In this document: one piece after another, positions 1 to 9,900 of the stretch
Layout: each line of letters opens with the position of its first letter
Position numbering within the stretch: the stretch's first letter is position 1
Source of the DNA: Gammaproteobacteria bacterium
Lineage (GTDB): Bacteria; Pseudomonadota; Gammaproteobacteria; Steroidobacterales; GCA-2729495
Length of the DNA stretch: 64,000 nt
Reading direction: 5' to 3'
Assembly (NCBI GenBank): GCA_028285245.1
Contig: JANQPY010000036.1
Location: forward strand, 11,395-75,394
The notes under the pieces: model-generated
The model's input: the letters and a program-made list of their open reading frames with translations, nothing else
What the model was told of the DNA's origin: nothing
Database searches by the model: none
Translations under genes and position numbers: made by a program

Positions 1-799
1 GATGATGCACGCAGACTTCTGCGGTGATGCGCTTCTCGCCCGCGGGACCGGTGTCGAACAATTCCATTTCGCCGGCGGTCGTAAGATGCAGTACATGCAG
101 CCTGGCATCATGCTTGCGCGCCAGACTCGTCGCCAGAACTGACGACTTCTTGCAGGCTTCAGCCGAACGGATCTTCGGATGCTCGGTCATCGGCACGTCA
201 TCACCAAACTGCTGTTTGGCCTGCGCCTCGTTGGCATAGATCATCGGTGAGTCTTCGCAGTGCGTGGCCACCAGCACCGGCGCATGCTCAAACAGCTTTT
301 CCAACGCCTCCGGATCATCAACCAGGAGGTTGCCGGTTGACGCCCCCATGAACGCTTTGATGCCGCAGCACTGATCCGGCGTAATTGCCTTGATGTCATC
401 GAGGTTTTCGTTGGTCGCGCCCAGATAGAACGCGTAGTTGGCGCGCGCCCGGCCCGCGGCACGCGCATATTTATCAGCGAGTGCCTCCCCATTAGTCGTG
501 GGAGGATTCACGTTCGGCATTTCCATGAAGCTCGTGATCCCGCCGGCCACGGCCGCTGCAGACTCGGTGGCCAGATCGCCCTTCTGAGTGAGACCTGGTT
601 CGCGAAAGTGCACCTGATCATCGATGAAGCCAGGCAGCAGATATGCGCCCGCGGCGTCCATGACCACCTCGTTACCCGTCGCGGTGAGACCGTCGGCGAT
701 CGCATCGATCCGCCCGCGCCGAATGCGCAAATCGGCCTCTTTGATGCGGCCCTCGTTTACGAGGCGTGCATTAGTGATGAGTAGGTTGTCAGTAGACAT
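1..799 (-). CDS. dihydroorotase-type cyclic amidohydrolase (3' end cut by window edge)
   Basis: My own translation of the minus strand from ATG at 799. It is absent from the ORF track because no stop lies inside the window. Sequence: MSTDNLLITNARLVNEGRIKEADLRIRRGRIDAIADGL...AYLLPGFIDDQVHFREPGLTQKGD...GITSFMEMPN. The 'D-x-(V)H-F-R-E-PG' block is the metal-binding signature of the dihydroorotase/allantoinase class. Confidence 0.75.
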   Translation of the reverse strand, partial: MSTDNLLITNARLVNEGRIKEADLRIRRGRIDAIADGLTATGNEVVMDAAGAYLLPGFIDDQVHFREPGLTQKGDLATESAAAVAGGITSFMEMPNVNPPTTNGEALADKYARAAGRARANYAFYLGATNENLDDIKAITPDQCCGIKAFMGASTGNLLVDDPEALEKLFEHAPVLVATHCEDSPMIYANEAQAKQQFGDDVPMTEHPKIRSAEACKKSSVLATSLARKHDARLHVLHLTTAGEMELFDTGPAGEKRITAEVCVHH

Positions 800-918
800 A
801 GAGAACTCGACTGGATCCGCGTGCAGCACCGCTTGGCCGACCGCCGCCAGTATACTGGATGGCTTGTTGAGCCCATTGTGCTGAAGCCGGCTTCGCCGGC
901 TTGATCGGAGTACCCCTG

Positions 919-3666
919 ATGCGGTTGAGGATTTTGCTGGCCCTTGTGTGTCTGTCGCTTATGAGCCTGCCCGCGGCGGCGGCGTTGGACGTGCCGTACA
1001 CACGTAAAGTGCTGGACAACGGTCTGACAGTGATTGTGCATGAAGACCCCAAGGCGCCAGTCGTCGCGGTCAATACCTGGTATCACGTGGGCTCCAAGAA
1101 CGAGTCGCCGGGACGCACCGGCTTCGCCCACCTGTTTGAACACCTGATGTTTCAGGGCTCGGAGAATTTCGACGGCGAGTATCTCAGCTATCTGCAGGAA
1201 CTGGGCGCAACCGACCTGAACGCCACCACCTGGTTCGATCGCACCATTTACTTTCAGACTGTGCCCAAGAACAGCCTCGATACGGTGCTCTGGCTGGAAT
1301 CAGACCGCATGGGACATTTCGCCGGCTCGATCAGCCAGGCCAAGCTCGACGAACAGCGCGGAGTGGTGCAAAACGAAAAACGGCAGGGCGAAAACCAGCC
1401 CTACGGGCGCGTGTTCGAGCAGGTGCTGCCGAAACTGTTCCCGGATGGCCACCCTTACGCCTGGGAAACGATCGGCTCAATGGAGGATCTCAACGCAGCC
1501 ACGCTGGATGACGTACGTGACTGGTTCAGCACCTGGTACGGGCCGGACAATGCGGTTATCGCGATTGCCGGCGATGTTGATACGGCTGAGGTCATTGCCA
1601 AAGTTGAGCGCTACTTTGGGGATATCCCGCCGGGCCCGGTACTAACGCGCCCGACGCGCTGGATTCCGACGCATGCCGAAGAACGCCGGCTGACGATGAC
1701 TGATCGCGTGCCCCAGACACGCGTGTATTTCTCCTGGACGGGCCCCGCCTGGGGCACCACCGACGCTCATCATCTGGCGCTGGCGGCCAACATCCTGGGC
1801 GGCGGCAAAAACTCGCGTCTCTATGAGCGGCTGGTCTACGACGAGGCCCTGGCAACCGAAGCAGCGCTGGCACCATTAGCGCTGGAGATTGCCGGCATTA
1901 CGTACCTGGTTGCCTCCGCTCAGCCGGGCGTTCCCATCGCTCAGGTTGAGGCTGCTGCCCGGGAGGAGCTTGAACGCTTCGTCAGGCGGGGCCCGACGCG
2001 ACGCGAACTGGAACGGGCCAAAGTTGAGTTTCGGGCGGCGTTTCTGCGCGGCATTGAGCGGGTGGGTGGCGGTTCAGGCAAGTCAGCCGTGCTGGCCCAG
2101 GGCCAGGTCTACGGTGGCGCGCCCGACAGCTATCAGAAGGAACTCGCTGACGTTGAGGCAGCCACAGCGGCTGATCTGCAGGCCGTGGCGACTCGCTGGC
2201 TGCAAGACAACCGCCCCTTCATTCTGACGGTCGAGCCTAAGGGCAGGCTGGCGGCAACCCAACCCGCTATCGACCGGAGTGCCGGACCGCCGCCCGCAGG
2301 ACCCATGCCCACTGTGAACTTCCCGGAGTTCACCCGGCATTCCCTGAAAAACGGACTAGAGGTGGTCATCGCCACGCAGGCGTCGATTCCGCTGGTCGAA
2401 ATTGCGTTGATCGTCGATGCCGGATTCGCCGCCGATCAGCACGCCCGTCCGGGCACATCCAGCCTGTCCTTAAGCATGCTGGACGAGGGCACGCAGAGCC
2501 GCAGTGCGCTTCAGATCAGCGAGGAACTCGCGCTTGTCGGCGCAAGGCTGTCAGCAGCGTCGGGCCTCGATACGTCGACCGTGCAACTCTCGGCGCTACG
2601 AGAAAACCTCAACGAGTCTTTGGAGCTCTTCGCCGATGTCGTGCTGTACCCCAGCTTTCCGGACGACGAGCTCAAGCGGCTACGCCGCGTCGGCCTGGCG
2701 CGCATTCAGCAGGAGAAGAATGAACCCGTTTCGCAGGCACTCAGGGTCATGCCAAGACTGCTGTACGGACAGGGCCATCCTTACGCCCAGCCACTCACCG
2801 GCTCCGGCACAGAGGCTGATCTCAACGCGCTGACTCGCGAAGACCTTGAGGCATTCCACGCGACCTGGTTCAAACCAAACCACGCGACACTGATTGCCGC
2901 TGGTGACATTACGCCTGACGAGCTGCTGCCTAAGCTTGAGAAGCTGTTTGCTGACTGGGAACCCGGCGAGACGCCGGCCAAACTGTTGGCGCAGGGCACC
3001 AAACCAACAGGCAGCACGCTATACGTGCTGGACCGACCAGATGCCGAGCAGTCGGTGATTTTCGCAGGGCAACTCGTGCCGCCAAAGAACAATCCCGATG
3101 AAGTCGCCATCGATGCACTCAACAACATATTCGGCGGACTCTCCTCGGGGCGCATCAACATGAACCTGCGCGAAGACAAGGGCTGGGCCTACGGCGCCTA
3201 CAGCTTCGTTCTCGATGCACGCGGCCGGCGCCCGTGGCTCGCATACTCATCGGTACAGACCGACAAGACGACCGAGTCGATTGCTGAGTTCAAGCGCGAA
3301 TTCGCAGAGATCGCCTCAACAAATGCACCGACTGCTGCGGAACTCGCTACTGCTGTGCGCAGCGATACGCTGTCACTCCCGGGGCGCTGGGAGACGCTGC
3401 GCAACGTCACCGGCGCGCTCGCTGAAACGGTGCGCTTCGGGCTGCCAGATGATCATTGGTCAAGCTACGCGGAGCGCGTCGCCAACGTAGCGCTCGATGA
3501 TGTCCGCAGAACCGGAGCGGAGCTGATTGATGCTGATGCAATCACCTGGGTTGTGATCGGCGACCGTGAAGCGATACTGCCCGGACTCAAATCGCTGGGT
3601 TTTGAACAGATTCGTGACCTGGATGCGGACGGTTTGCAGTCCGACAATACAGCGCTGCTGCGGTAG
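919..3666 (+). CDS. M16 (pitrilysin/insulinase) family zinc peptidase, fused four-half-domain form, exported
   Basis: HxxEH zinc motif 'HLFEHLMFQGS'. Signal peptide MRLRILLALVCLSLMSLPAAAA. The ~915-aa length is consistent with two M16 active/inactive pairs. ATG 919 is preceded by GGAG 8 nt upstream; the track start at 901 is TTG. Confidence 0.9.
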   Translation: MRLRILLALVCLSLMSLPAAAALDVPYTRKVLDNGLTVIVHEDPKAPVVAVNTWYHVGSKNESPGRTGFAHLFEHLMFQGSENFDGEYLSYLQELGATDLNATTWFDRTIYFQTVPKNSLDTVLWLESDRMGHFAGSISQAKLDEQRGVVQNEKRQGENQPYGRVFEQVLPKLFPDGHPYAWETIGSMEDLNAATLDDVRDWFSTWYGPDNAVIAIAGDVDTAEVIAKVERYFGDIPPGPVLTRPTRWIPTHAEERRLTMTDRVPQTRVYFSWTGPAWGTTDAHHLALAANILGGGKNSRLYERLVYDEALATEAALAPLALEIAGITYLVASAQPGVPIAQVEAAAREELERFVRRGPTRRELERAKVEFRAAFLRGIERVGGGSGKSAVLAQGQVYGGAPDSYQKELADVEAATAADLQAVATRWLQDNRPFILTVEPKGRLAATQPAIDRSAGPPPAGPMPTVNFPEFTRHSLKNGLEVVIATQASIPLVEIALIVDAGFAADQHARPGTSSLSLSMLDEGTQSRSALQISEELALVGARLSAASGLDTSTVQLSALRENLNESLELFADVVLYPSFPDDELKRLRRVGLARIQQEKNEPVSQALRVMPRLLYGQGHPYAQPLTGSGTEADLNALTREDLEAFHATWFKPNHATLIAAGDITPDELLPKLEKLFADWEPGETPAKLLAQGTKPTGSTLYVLDRPDAEQSVIFAGQLVPPKNNPDEVAIDALNNIFGGLSSGRINMNLREDKGWAYGAYSFVLDARGRRPWLAYSSVQTDKTTESIAEFKREFAEIASTNAPTAAELATAVRSDTLSLPGRWETLRNVTGALAETVRFGLPDDHWSSYAERVANVALDDVRRTGAELIDADAITWVVIGDREAILPGLKSLGFEQIRDLDADGLQSDNTALLR

Positions 3667-3682
3667 CGCGACGTGATGCGAC

Positions 3683-4993
3683 GTGATGCGACGTAGCGGC
3701 AAACGAAGTGATGGGCCCTTTTACGGCTGGGTGATTGCTGCAACCTGCTTTAGCATCTATTTCTTCACCAACGGTCTTGCCCTGTTCGTACCGCAGAATC
3801 TGTTTCCGCGTTATATGGAAACCTTTGGCGCGTCGCCAGGTGAGGTTAGCCGCACAACATTTCTCACCCTGGGCATTGCCGCGTTCATTGCCCCGCTGAT
3901 CGGCGCGATCGTTGATCGCATCGGCGTGGTGCGCGTCATTCGCACCGGCCTGATCGTGATGTCCATATGCCTTGCGTTCTACCCGTTCGCGCGCACGCTT
4001 AACGATTTGTATCTGTTGCACGCCGGGTTGGCGCTGGGACTGGTGCTATCGGGGCTCATGGCGAATGTCGTCCTGCTGTCGAACTGGTTTGTGCGCCGGA
4101 GGGGCGCGGTCGTTGGCATGCTGGCCGCCGGGTCAAGTCTGGCGGGCGGTATTCTGCCGCTGATGATCGCGCCGCTGGTAACCAACCCCGAGCTGGGCTG
4201 GCGTTACGGCTACGGCGCACTGGTCGTGGGATTCTGGCTGTTTGCTCTGCTGCCTGGACTGACACTTCTGCGCGAGCGACCGGCGGATATGGGCACACAC
4301 CCCGATGGGCAACCCATGGCGGCTGGTGGATCCGGGCCTGCGAAATCAAGTGAACACGCACTTAATGAGGGCGTTAATTTTTCCGTCGCCCTCAAGTCAC
4401 CGGCCCTTTACTTTCTAGCCCTCGGCTCTGCCTGCCTGTGGTACTCGATACAGGCCATGAATAGCCAGGTCACCATTTTCCTCGAGGAAGAGGGCGGCAT
4501 GGCGGCGGCTCGTGCCACGCTTATTTTCGCCCTTATTTTCTGGTGCAGTTTTCTGGGCAAATTCTCTTTCGGGTGGCTGAGCGACCGGCTTGCGAAACGC
4601 ACCGTGATGCAGATCACCAGCTCGATTCTGCTGGCCGGCTGCATGCTGTTGTTCGACTTTTCGGGCGGCGAGGTCTCGCTCACCACGACTCCGTGGAAAC
4701 TGTGGACCTTTGCGGTCGTATTCGGGCTGGGCTTCGGCGGCAGCTTCACCATGATTCAGCTTGTCGCTGTGGAGACATTTGGCAAGAAAGCACTCGGCAA
4801 GGTCCTCGGTATCATCACTTTCATTGATTCCCTGGGCGCTGCAGCCGGCACCATCATCAGCGGGCAGCTGCGCACAGAAACGGGCAGCTACCTGATTCCA
4901 TTCGCCATCATTACGGTCGTCGCGCTCATTGCGCTGGCGAATGTGCTGCTAATTCGGCCTGTTCGGCCCACGCCCGGAGCTGCGAAGGTTTAG
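3683..4993 (+). CDS. MFS transporter
   Basis: 436 aa with about 12 hydrophobic segments and an MFS-like loop 'VDRIGVVRVIR' after TM2. The start is GTG 3683 or ATG 3686. Confidence 0.8.
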   Translation: MMRRSGKRSDGPFYGWVIAATCFSIYFFTNGLALFVPQNLFPRYMETFGASPGEVSRTTFLTLGIAAFIAPLIGAIVDRIGVVRVIRTGLIVMSICLAFYPFARTLNDLYLLHAGLALGLVLSGLMANVVLLSNWFVRRRGAVVGMLAAGSSLAGGILPLMIAPLVTNPELGWRYGYGALVVGFWLFALLPGLTLLRERPADMGTHPDGQPMAAGGSGPAKSSEHALNEGVNFSVALKSPALYFLALGSACLWYSIQAMNSQVTIFLEEEGGMAAARATLIFALIFWCSFLGKFSFGWLSDRLAKRTVMQITSSILLAGCMLLFDFSGGEVSLTTTPWKLWTFAVVFGLGFGGSFTMIQLVAVETFGKKALGKVLGIITFIDSLGAAAGTIISGQLRTETGSYLIPFAIITVVALIALANVLLIRPVRPTPGAAKV

Positions 4994-5163
4994 CCAGGAG
5001 ACGGCCGCAGCGCCCGCGCCTCACGTCAGAGAAGCGGCGAAAATCGAACTTGCGTCAATCGGGCAGGTGTGGAAAATCTCGGTCCGCTTTCAGACTGCTG
5101 GCAACGTTAAACAGTAGATCCTTAGAGGCCGCGCTGCAGGGCACCAAGTGCACCGATCAGATA

Positions 5164-6099
5164 ATGATTAAAGCTGAGCATCTGACCAAGACGTACGGCC
5201 CGCTCACCGCAGTCGACGATTTGTCGTTCAAGGTTGAACCCGGTGAAGTGCTGGGTTTTCTCGGGCCCAACGGCGCGGGCAAAACGACAACGATGCGCAT
5301 GTTCGCCGGCTTCGTGCCGCCGACCTCCGGGCACGCCGAAATCTGCGGGTTTCGAGTCGATAACGATCCCATCGAGGCAAAGCGGCGGCTTGGCTACCTG
5401 CCGGAAGGCGCGCCCGCCTACGGGGAAATGACGCCGCGGGAGTTTCTGGAGTTCGTCGCTGCAGCCCGAGGCCTCAGGGGCAATGACAAACAGGAAAAGC
5501 TGAATCGCGTCATCACGCGGCTCAATCTCGGCCCCGTACTGGGGCAAAGCATCGAGACGTTATCAAAGGGCTTCAAGCGGCGCGTCGGTCTGGCGCAGGC
5601 CATCATCCATGATCCGCCGGTGCTGATTCTGGATGAGCCGACAGATGGCCTGGACCCGAACCAAAAGCACGAAGTGCGTGAACTCATCGCAGAAATGGCG
5701 TCCAACAAAATCATCGTCATTTCCACGCATATTCTTGAAGAGGTTGACGCCGTGTGTAACCGGGCGGTGATCGTGGCGAGCGGCAAGATCGTTGCAGATG
5801 AAACGCCCGGCTCGCTGATTCGCCAATCGCGTTATCACAATGCAGTCACGCTGAAATTCTCTAACCAGGACTCGCTCCAGGATGCAGGCAACACGCTGCG
5901 CGCTGTTCCCGCGATTGCCGATATCGAAATCGATGTCGACGCGGCGGCTATTACCGCGCTGCCTCGTGGCGAAGAGGCGCTGCTAGAGCCGATTGGCAAT
6001 CTGGTCCAGCAGCATAGCTGGCGTTTGCGCGAGCTAAAGCTGGAAAGCGGGCGGCTCGATGAAGTTTTTCGGCGCATCACCGCCGCAGGCACCGGGTAA
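5164..6099 (+). CDS. ABC transporter ATP-binding protein (GldA-like, ABC-2 type)
   Basis: Walker A GPNGAGKTT, signature LSKGFKRR, Walker B LILDEPTDGLD. I moved the start to ATG 5164 (MIKAEHLTKTYG), because the upstream extension looks non-coding. Confidence 0.9.
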   Translation: MIKAEHLTKTYGPLTAVDDLSFKVEPGEVLGFLGPNGAGKTTTMRMFAGFVPPTSGHAEICGFRVDNDPIEAKRRLGYLPEGAPAYGEMTPREFLEFVAAARGLRGNDKQEKLNRVITRLNLGPVLGQSIETLSKGFKRRVGLAQAIIHDPPVLILDEPTDGLDPNQKHEVRELIAEMASNKIIVISTHILEEVDAVCNRAVIVASGKIVADETPGSLIRQSRYHNAVTLKFSNQDSLQDAGNTLRAVPAIADIEIDVDAAAITALPRGEEALLEPIGNLVQQHSWRLRELKLESGRLDEVFRRITAAGTG

Positions 6100-6112
6100 C
6101 ACTGCACTCAAC

Positions 6113-6850
6113 ATGGACGTAATCAAGGTCATTGCGGCCCGGGAACTGCGCGGCTACTTTGCGACACCGGTTGCCTATGTGTTTCTGGTTATTTTTCTGG
6201 CGATGGCCGGATTTTTGACCTTCGGATTCGGTGGCTTCTACGCGCGCCGCCAGGCTGACCTGCAACCTTTTTTCGGCTTCCATGCCTGGCTGTACCTTTT
6301 TCTGGTTCCCGCGATTGCCATGCGGCTTTGGGCGGAGGAGCGCAAGTCCGGCAGCATAGAATTGCTGATGACTCTGCCGGTCACATTGTGGCAAGCCGTG
6401 CTGGGCAAGTTTCTGGCCGCCTGGGGCTTTACCGCGGTTGCCCTGGCACTCACTTTTCCGGTCTGGATTACGGTCAATTACCTGGGCAATCCGGATAACG
6501 GTGTCATTTTCGCCGCCTATCTTGGCAGCCTGCTGATGGCGGGCGGATTTCTGGCGATTGGCTCATGCATCTCGGCTGCGAACCGCAATCAGGTAGTCGC
6601 TTTCATCATTACCGTCGTGATCTGCTTTGGCTTCATGCTGCTCGGCTTTGAACCGGTGCTGGGCCTGCTCGCCGCAGCCGGATTGCCGCAGGGACTCATC
6701 GATGCAATCGCGGGCTTGAGTTTCCTCGCGCACTTCCAGGCGATCAGCAAGGGCGTTATTGACCTGCGCGACGTGCTGTATTTCTTGCTGGTGATTGCGA
6801 CCTGGCTCTACGCCACGACCATCGTGCTGGGCATGCGCAAGGCGGACTAG
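6113..6850 (+). CDS. ABC-2 type transporter permease (GldF-like)
   Basis: Multi-TM protein immediately downstream of the ATPase. ATG 6113 (MDVIKVIAARELRGYF). Confidence 0.8.
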   Translation: MDVIKVIAARELRGYFATPVAYVFLVIFLAMAGFLTFGFGGFYARRQADLQPFFGFHAWLYLFLVPAIAMRLWAEERKSGSIELLMTLPVTLWQAVLGKFLAAWGFTAVALALTFPVWITVNYLGNPDNGVIFAAYLGSLLMAGGFLAIGSCISAANRNQVVAFIITVVICFGFMLLGFEPVLGLLAAAGLPQGLIDAIAGLSFLAHFQAISKGVIDLRDVLYFLLVIATWLYATTIVLGMRKAD

Positions 6851-6851
6851 G

Positions 6852-8747
6852 ATGGGCGAGAGAATAACGTTGGGCCGCTTTGGCCTGGTCGCGCTGGCCG
6901 TGATGTTTGTCATCACAGTCACGCTCACCAACGGCATGATGCGGGGACTGCGGCTGGACCTGACAGAGAACCGGCTCTACACGCTGTCAGACGGCACCTA
7001 CCGCATTCTCGAGAACATTCCGGAACCCATCAATCTCTACTTCTATTACTCGGACCGTGCCACCGCCAACATTCCTGCACTGCGGGCCTACGCGGGCAGA
7101 GTAGAAGAAATGCTGCAGGAGTTTGCCCAGAATTCCGCCGGCAAACTGACCGTTAGGTTCGTAGATCCACTGCCGTTCTCAGAAGATGAAGATCGTGCGG
7201 CCGCTTTCGGGCTGCAGGAACTCGCACTGCCACAGGCGTCTGATCCGGTTTACTTCGGCATAGCCGGGACAAACAGTGTCGGTGACGAGGAGATCCTGCC
7301 GTTTCTGGAGCCGAGCAAGGAAGCCTTCCTCGAATACGACCTCGCCAAACTCATTCATACGCTCTCCGTAGTGGATCGCCCGGTGATTGGCCTGCTTTCA
7401 GGCCTGCAGATGACCGCCGGTTTCGACCCGGCGACTCAACAAATGACTCAGCCATGGGTCATCACTGATCAAATCAGTCAGCTGTTTGAGCTGCGCACGC
7501 TGGCCGCTGATGCGCAGACCATTGATGCAGACATTGACGTGCTGATGGTGGTGCATCCCAGCGACCTGTCTTCCGGCACGCTGTATGCGCTAGATCAGTT
7601 CATCCTGGCCGGAGGACGGGCGCTGCTGCTGGTTGATCCCTACGCGGAGGCGGACCGGCAGGCGCCGCCGGTGCCCGGCATGCCATCGGCAGGCGGCAGT
7701 TCCAGCCTCAATGCACTCATCAATGCATGGGGATTGAGCGTTGACCCTGAGAATGTAGTGGGCGATGACCGCTTGGCGCTGACTGTATCCGGCATGGGCA
7801 ATCAGCCGGTCCGGTATCTGCCCTTGCTGGGTCTGGACGCCACATCAATGAACCGCGAGGACGTGGTAACCGCCGGCGTCGACAACCTGAATCTGGGCTT
7901 CGCCGGGCATATTTCAGTGCAGGAAGATGCACCAGTAACCGTCACGCCCTTGCTGGAGTCCAGCGACCTGGCGGCTGAGATTCCGGCAGCCGGCCTGGGC
8001 ATGCTGCAGGACCCGGACACGTTGCGAGCCGGCTTCACGCCCACCGGCGAAACCTTCCTGCTGGCGGCCAGAGTGCAGGGTAACGTGCCGAGCGCTTTTC
8101 CGGCGGGTCCGCCCGCGCTGCCTGACAGCGATTTACAAATATCACCGGATACCGGCCACCTGGCTGAATCGGCCGAACCGATTAATGCAATTCTCGTGGC
8201 TGATACAGATCTGTTAACTGACCGGCTTTGGGTTCAGGTGCAGCCTTTCCTGGGACAGCGGTTGCTAACCGCTTTCGCGGGCAATGCCGACTTTATCAGT
8301 AACGCCCTTGACAACCTGTCAGGCAGTAACGACCTGATTAGCATTCGCGGCAGGGCAACGTATACGCGTCCATTCACGCGGGTACAGGAACTGCAGCGCG
8401 AGGCTGAGGCGCGGTTCCGCAACACCGAGCGCCAACTACAGGAAGAGCTTACCAACCTGGAAACGAAGCTTGCCGAACTGGAGACGGGCGCCAGCGACGA
8501 CAACCTGCTGCTGGTCAACCCGGCCCAACAAGCTGAACTCGAACGCTTCCAGGAAGAACGCCTGCGCATCCGGCGCGAGCTACGTCAGGTGCAACGGGAT
8601 CTGGATCAGGAGATCGAGGACCTGGGTACCCGGCTCACGGTCATCAACACGTTTCTTATACCGCTGATACTGACAGGTGCCGCCCTGGCCCTGGTCGTGA
8701 TCAGACGGCGCCGACGCGCCAGCGAATACGCGAGGCGCGCCGGGTGA
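6852..8747 (+). CDS. GldG-like ABC transporter auxiliary protein
   Basis: Starts 2 nt after the permease stop. It has an N-terminal TM segment, a large exported domain, a C-terminal coiled coil (ELQREAEARF...LETKLAELE), a TM segment and an RRRRR anchor, which is the usual GldG architecture. Confidence 0.7.
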   Translation: MGERITLGRFGLVALAVMFVITVTLTNGMMRGLRLDLTENRLYTLSDGTYRILENIPEPINLYFYYSDRATANIPALRAYAGRVEEMLQEFAQNSAGKLTVRFVDPLPFSEDEDRAAAFGLQELALPQASDPVYFGIAGTNSVGDEEILPFLEPSKEAFLEYDLAKLIHTLSVVDRPVIGLLSGLQMTAGFDPATQQMTQPWVITDQISQLFELRTLAADAQTIDADIDVLMVVHPSDLSSGTLYALDQFILAGGRALLLVDPYAEADRQAPPVPGMPSAGGSSSLNALINAWGLSVDPENVVGDDRLALTVSGMGNQPVRYLPLLGLDATSMNREDVVTAGVDNLNLGFAGHISVQEDAPVTVTPLLESSDLAAEIPAAGLGMLQDPDTLRAGFTPTGETFLLAARVQGNVPSAFPAGPPALPDSDLQISPDTGHLAESAEPINAILVADTDLLTDRLWVQVQPFLGQRLLTAFAGNADFISNALDNLSGSNDLISIRGRATYTRPFTRVQELQREAEARFRNTERQLQEELTNLETKLAELETGASDDNLLLVNPAQQAELERFQEERLRIRRELRQVQRDLDQEIEDLGTRLTVINTFLIPLILTGAALALVVIRRRRRASEYARRAG

Positions 8748-9745
8748 ACCTGCGCAGCCTGGTCATTGCGGCGGGCCTGCTCGCCTGCCTCGCGATTGCG
8801 AGCCTCCTGTTGGCGCCCAACGATTCCGCTAATTCGACAAGCGGTGAACTGTTTATGCCAGAGCTGGCCGCGCGCCTGAACGACGTTCGCCAGCTCAGCA
8901 TCACCGAAGCGGGCGGCAATACGACCGTCGTCATTCTGGGCGGCGATGCCGGCTGGCGTGTGTCCGAGGCAGATGGCTATCCGGCTGATGTAAGCAAGCT
9001 GCGCAGCAACCTGTCAGCGCTGGCGCAGGCTGAAGTTCAGGAGCAAAAAACAGCTCGCCCCGAACTCTACTCGCGGCTGGGCGTCGCCGACATCGGCAGC
9101 CCCGACGCCAGCGGCGTGCTGCTGCGCATCGACAATGAACTGGCCGTTATCGTCGGCGATACCGATGTCGCCGGCGGCAAGTCAGCTTATGTGCGCCGCC
9201 CCGAAGAGCAATCCAGCTATCAGATCTGCGCAGAGCTCTCCCTGGGTAGCGAGCCCAGGGACTGGCTGAACCGGCGCATTGTCGATATTCCAGCCAGTGA
9301 CATTCGGAGCGTTGCAATCACTCATCCTGATGGTGAAACGCTCAGGCTGTTCAAGCCATCGGCGGAGTCCGCGGAATTTGAGGTTGCAGGTATTCCGGAA
9401 GGCCGCGAGCTGACCTACGCGGGCGTCGGTAACTCGATCGGCGCGGCACTGTCGCGGCTTGATCTGGACAGCGTTGCCTCGGCAAGCGACGGCACCGCTC
9501 CGGATACCGCCGTGGTCACACGCTTTGAAACCTTCGCGGGGCTTACCGTTGTGGCGCGGAGCTGGCGCACAGGCGAAGATTTGCTGTTCACGTTTACTGC
9601 CACCGCCCCGGACGGCGCCGAGACAGACCTGCAAGATCAGGCAGACGCCATCAACGCTACGGCAAAAGGGTGGCAGTACGCCATCCCCGATTTCAAAGCC
9701 GATCAGTTCGTGAAACGCATAAGCGATCTGCTGGCTGCTACCTAG
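8744..9745 (+). CDS. DUF4340-like protein, fourth gene of the GldAFG-type operon
   Basis: GTGA start/stop overlap with the upstream gene, and an N-terminal TM/signal segment. The position after a gldG-like gene is typical for DUF4340. The family call rests on context only. Confidence 0.55.
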   Translation: MNLRSLVIAAGLLACLAIASLLLAPNDSANSTSGELFMPELAARLNDVRQLSITEAGGNTTVVILGGDAGWRVSEADGYPADVSKLRSNLSALAQAEVQEQKTARPELYSRLGVADIGSPDASGVLLRIDNELAVIVGDTDVAGGKSAYVRRPEEQSSYQICAELSLGSEPRDWLNRRIVDIPASDIRSVAITHPDGETLRLFKPSAESAEFEVAGIPEGRELTYAGVGNSIGAALSRLDLDSVASASDGTAPDTAVVTRFETFAGLTVVARSWRTGEDLLFTFTATAPDGAETDLQDQADAINATAKGWQYAIPDFKADQFVKRISDLLAAT

Positions 9746-9900
9746 GTGAGCGCTAGCGCCTCTCACGAGGCAGCGGTCAGCTCGGGTCGGGCTCCCTTCC
9801 AGAACACGATACCCTTTCCCTCAGAGCGCTAGTGCGCACCGGAGCCGCGCCCTCGTAACTACCTTGAGCGTCTCAAAAACGTTGCGGCTCGGCGGAGGCC

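Noticed and set aside
901-918. Long 5' extensions of several track ORFs, namely those starting at 901, 5050, 6059, 6795, 14709, 16780, 29926, 30447, 31229, 34821, 36314, 37131 and 56298
   Set aside because: The extensions overlap upstream genes, lack an SD, or precede an obvious signal peptide or conserved N-terminus. I chose internal ATGs with an SD or homology support instead.
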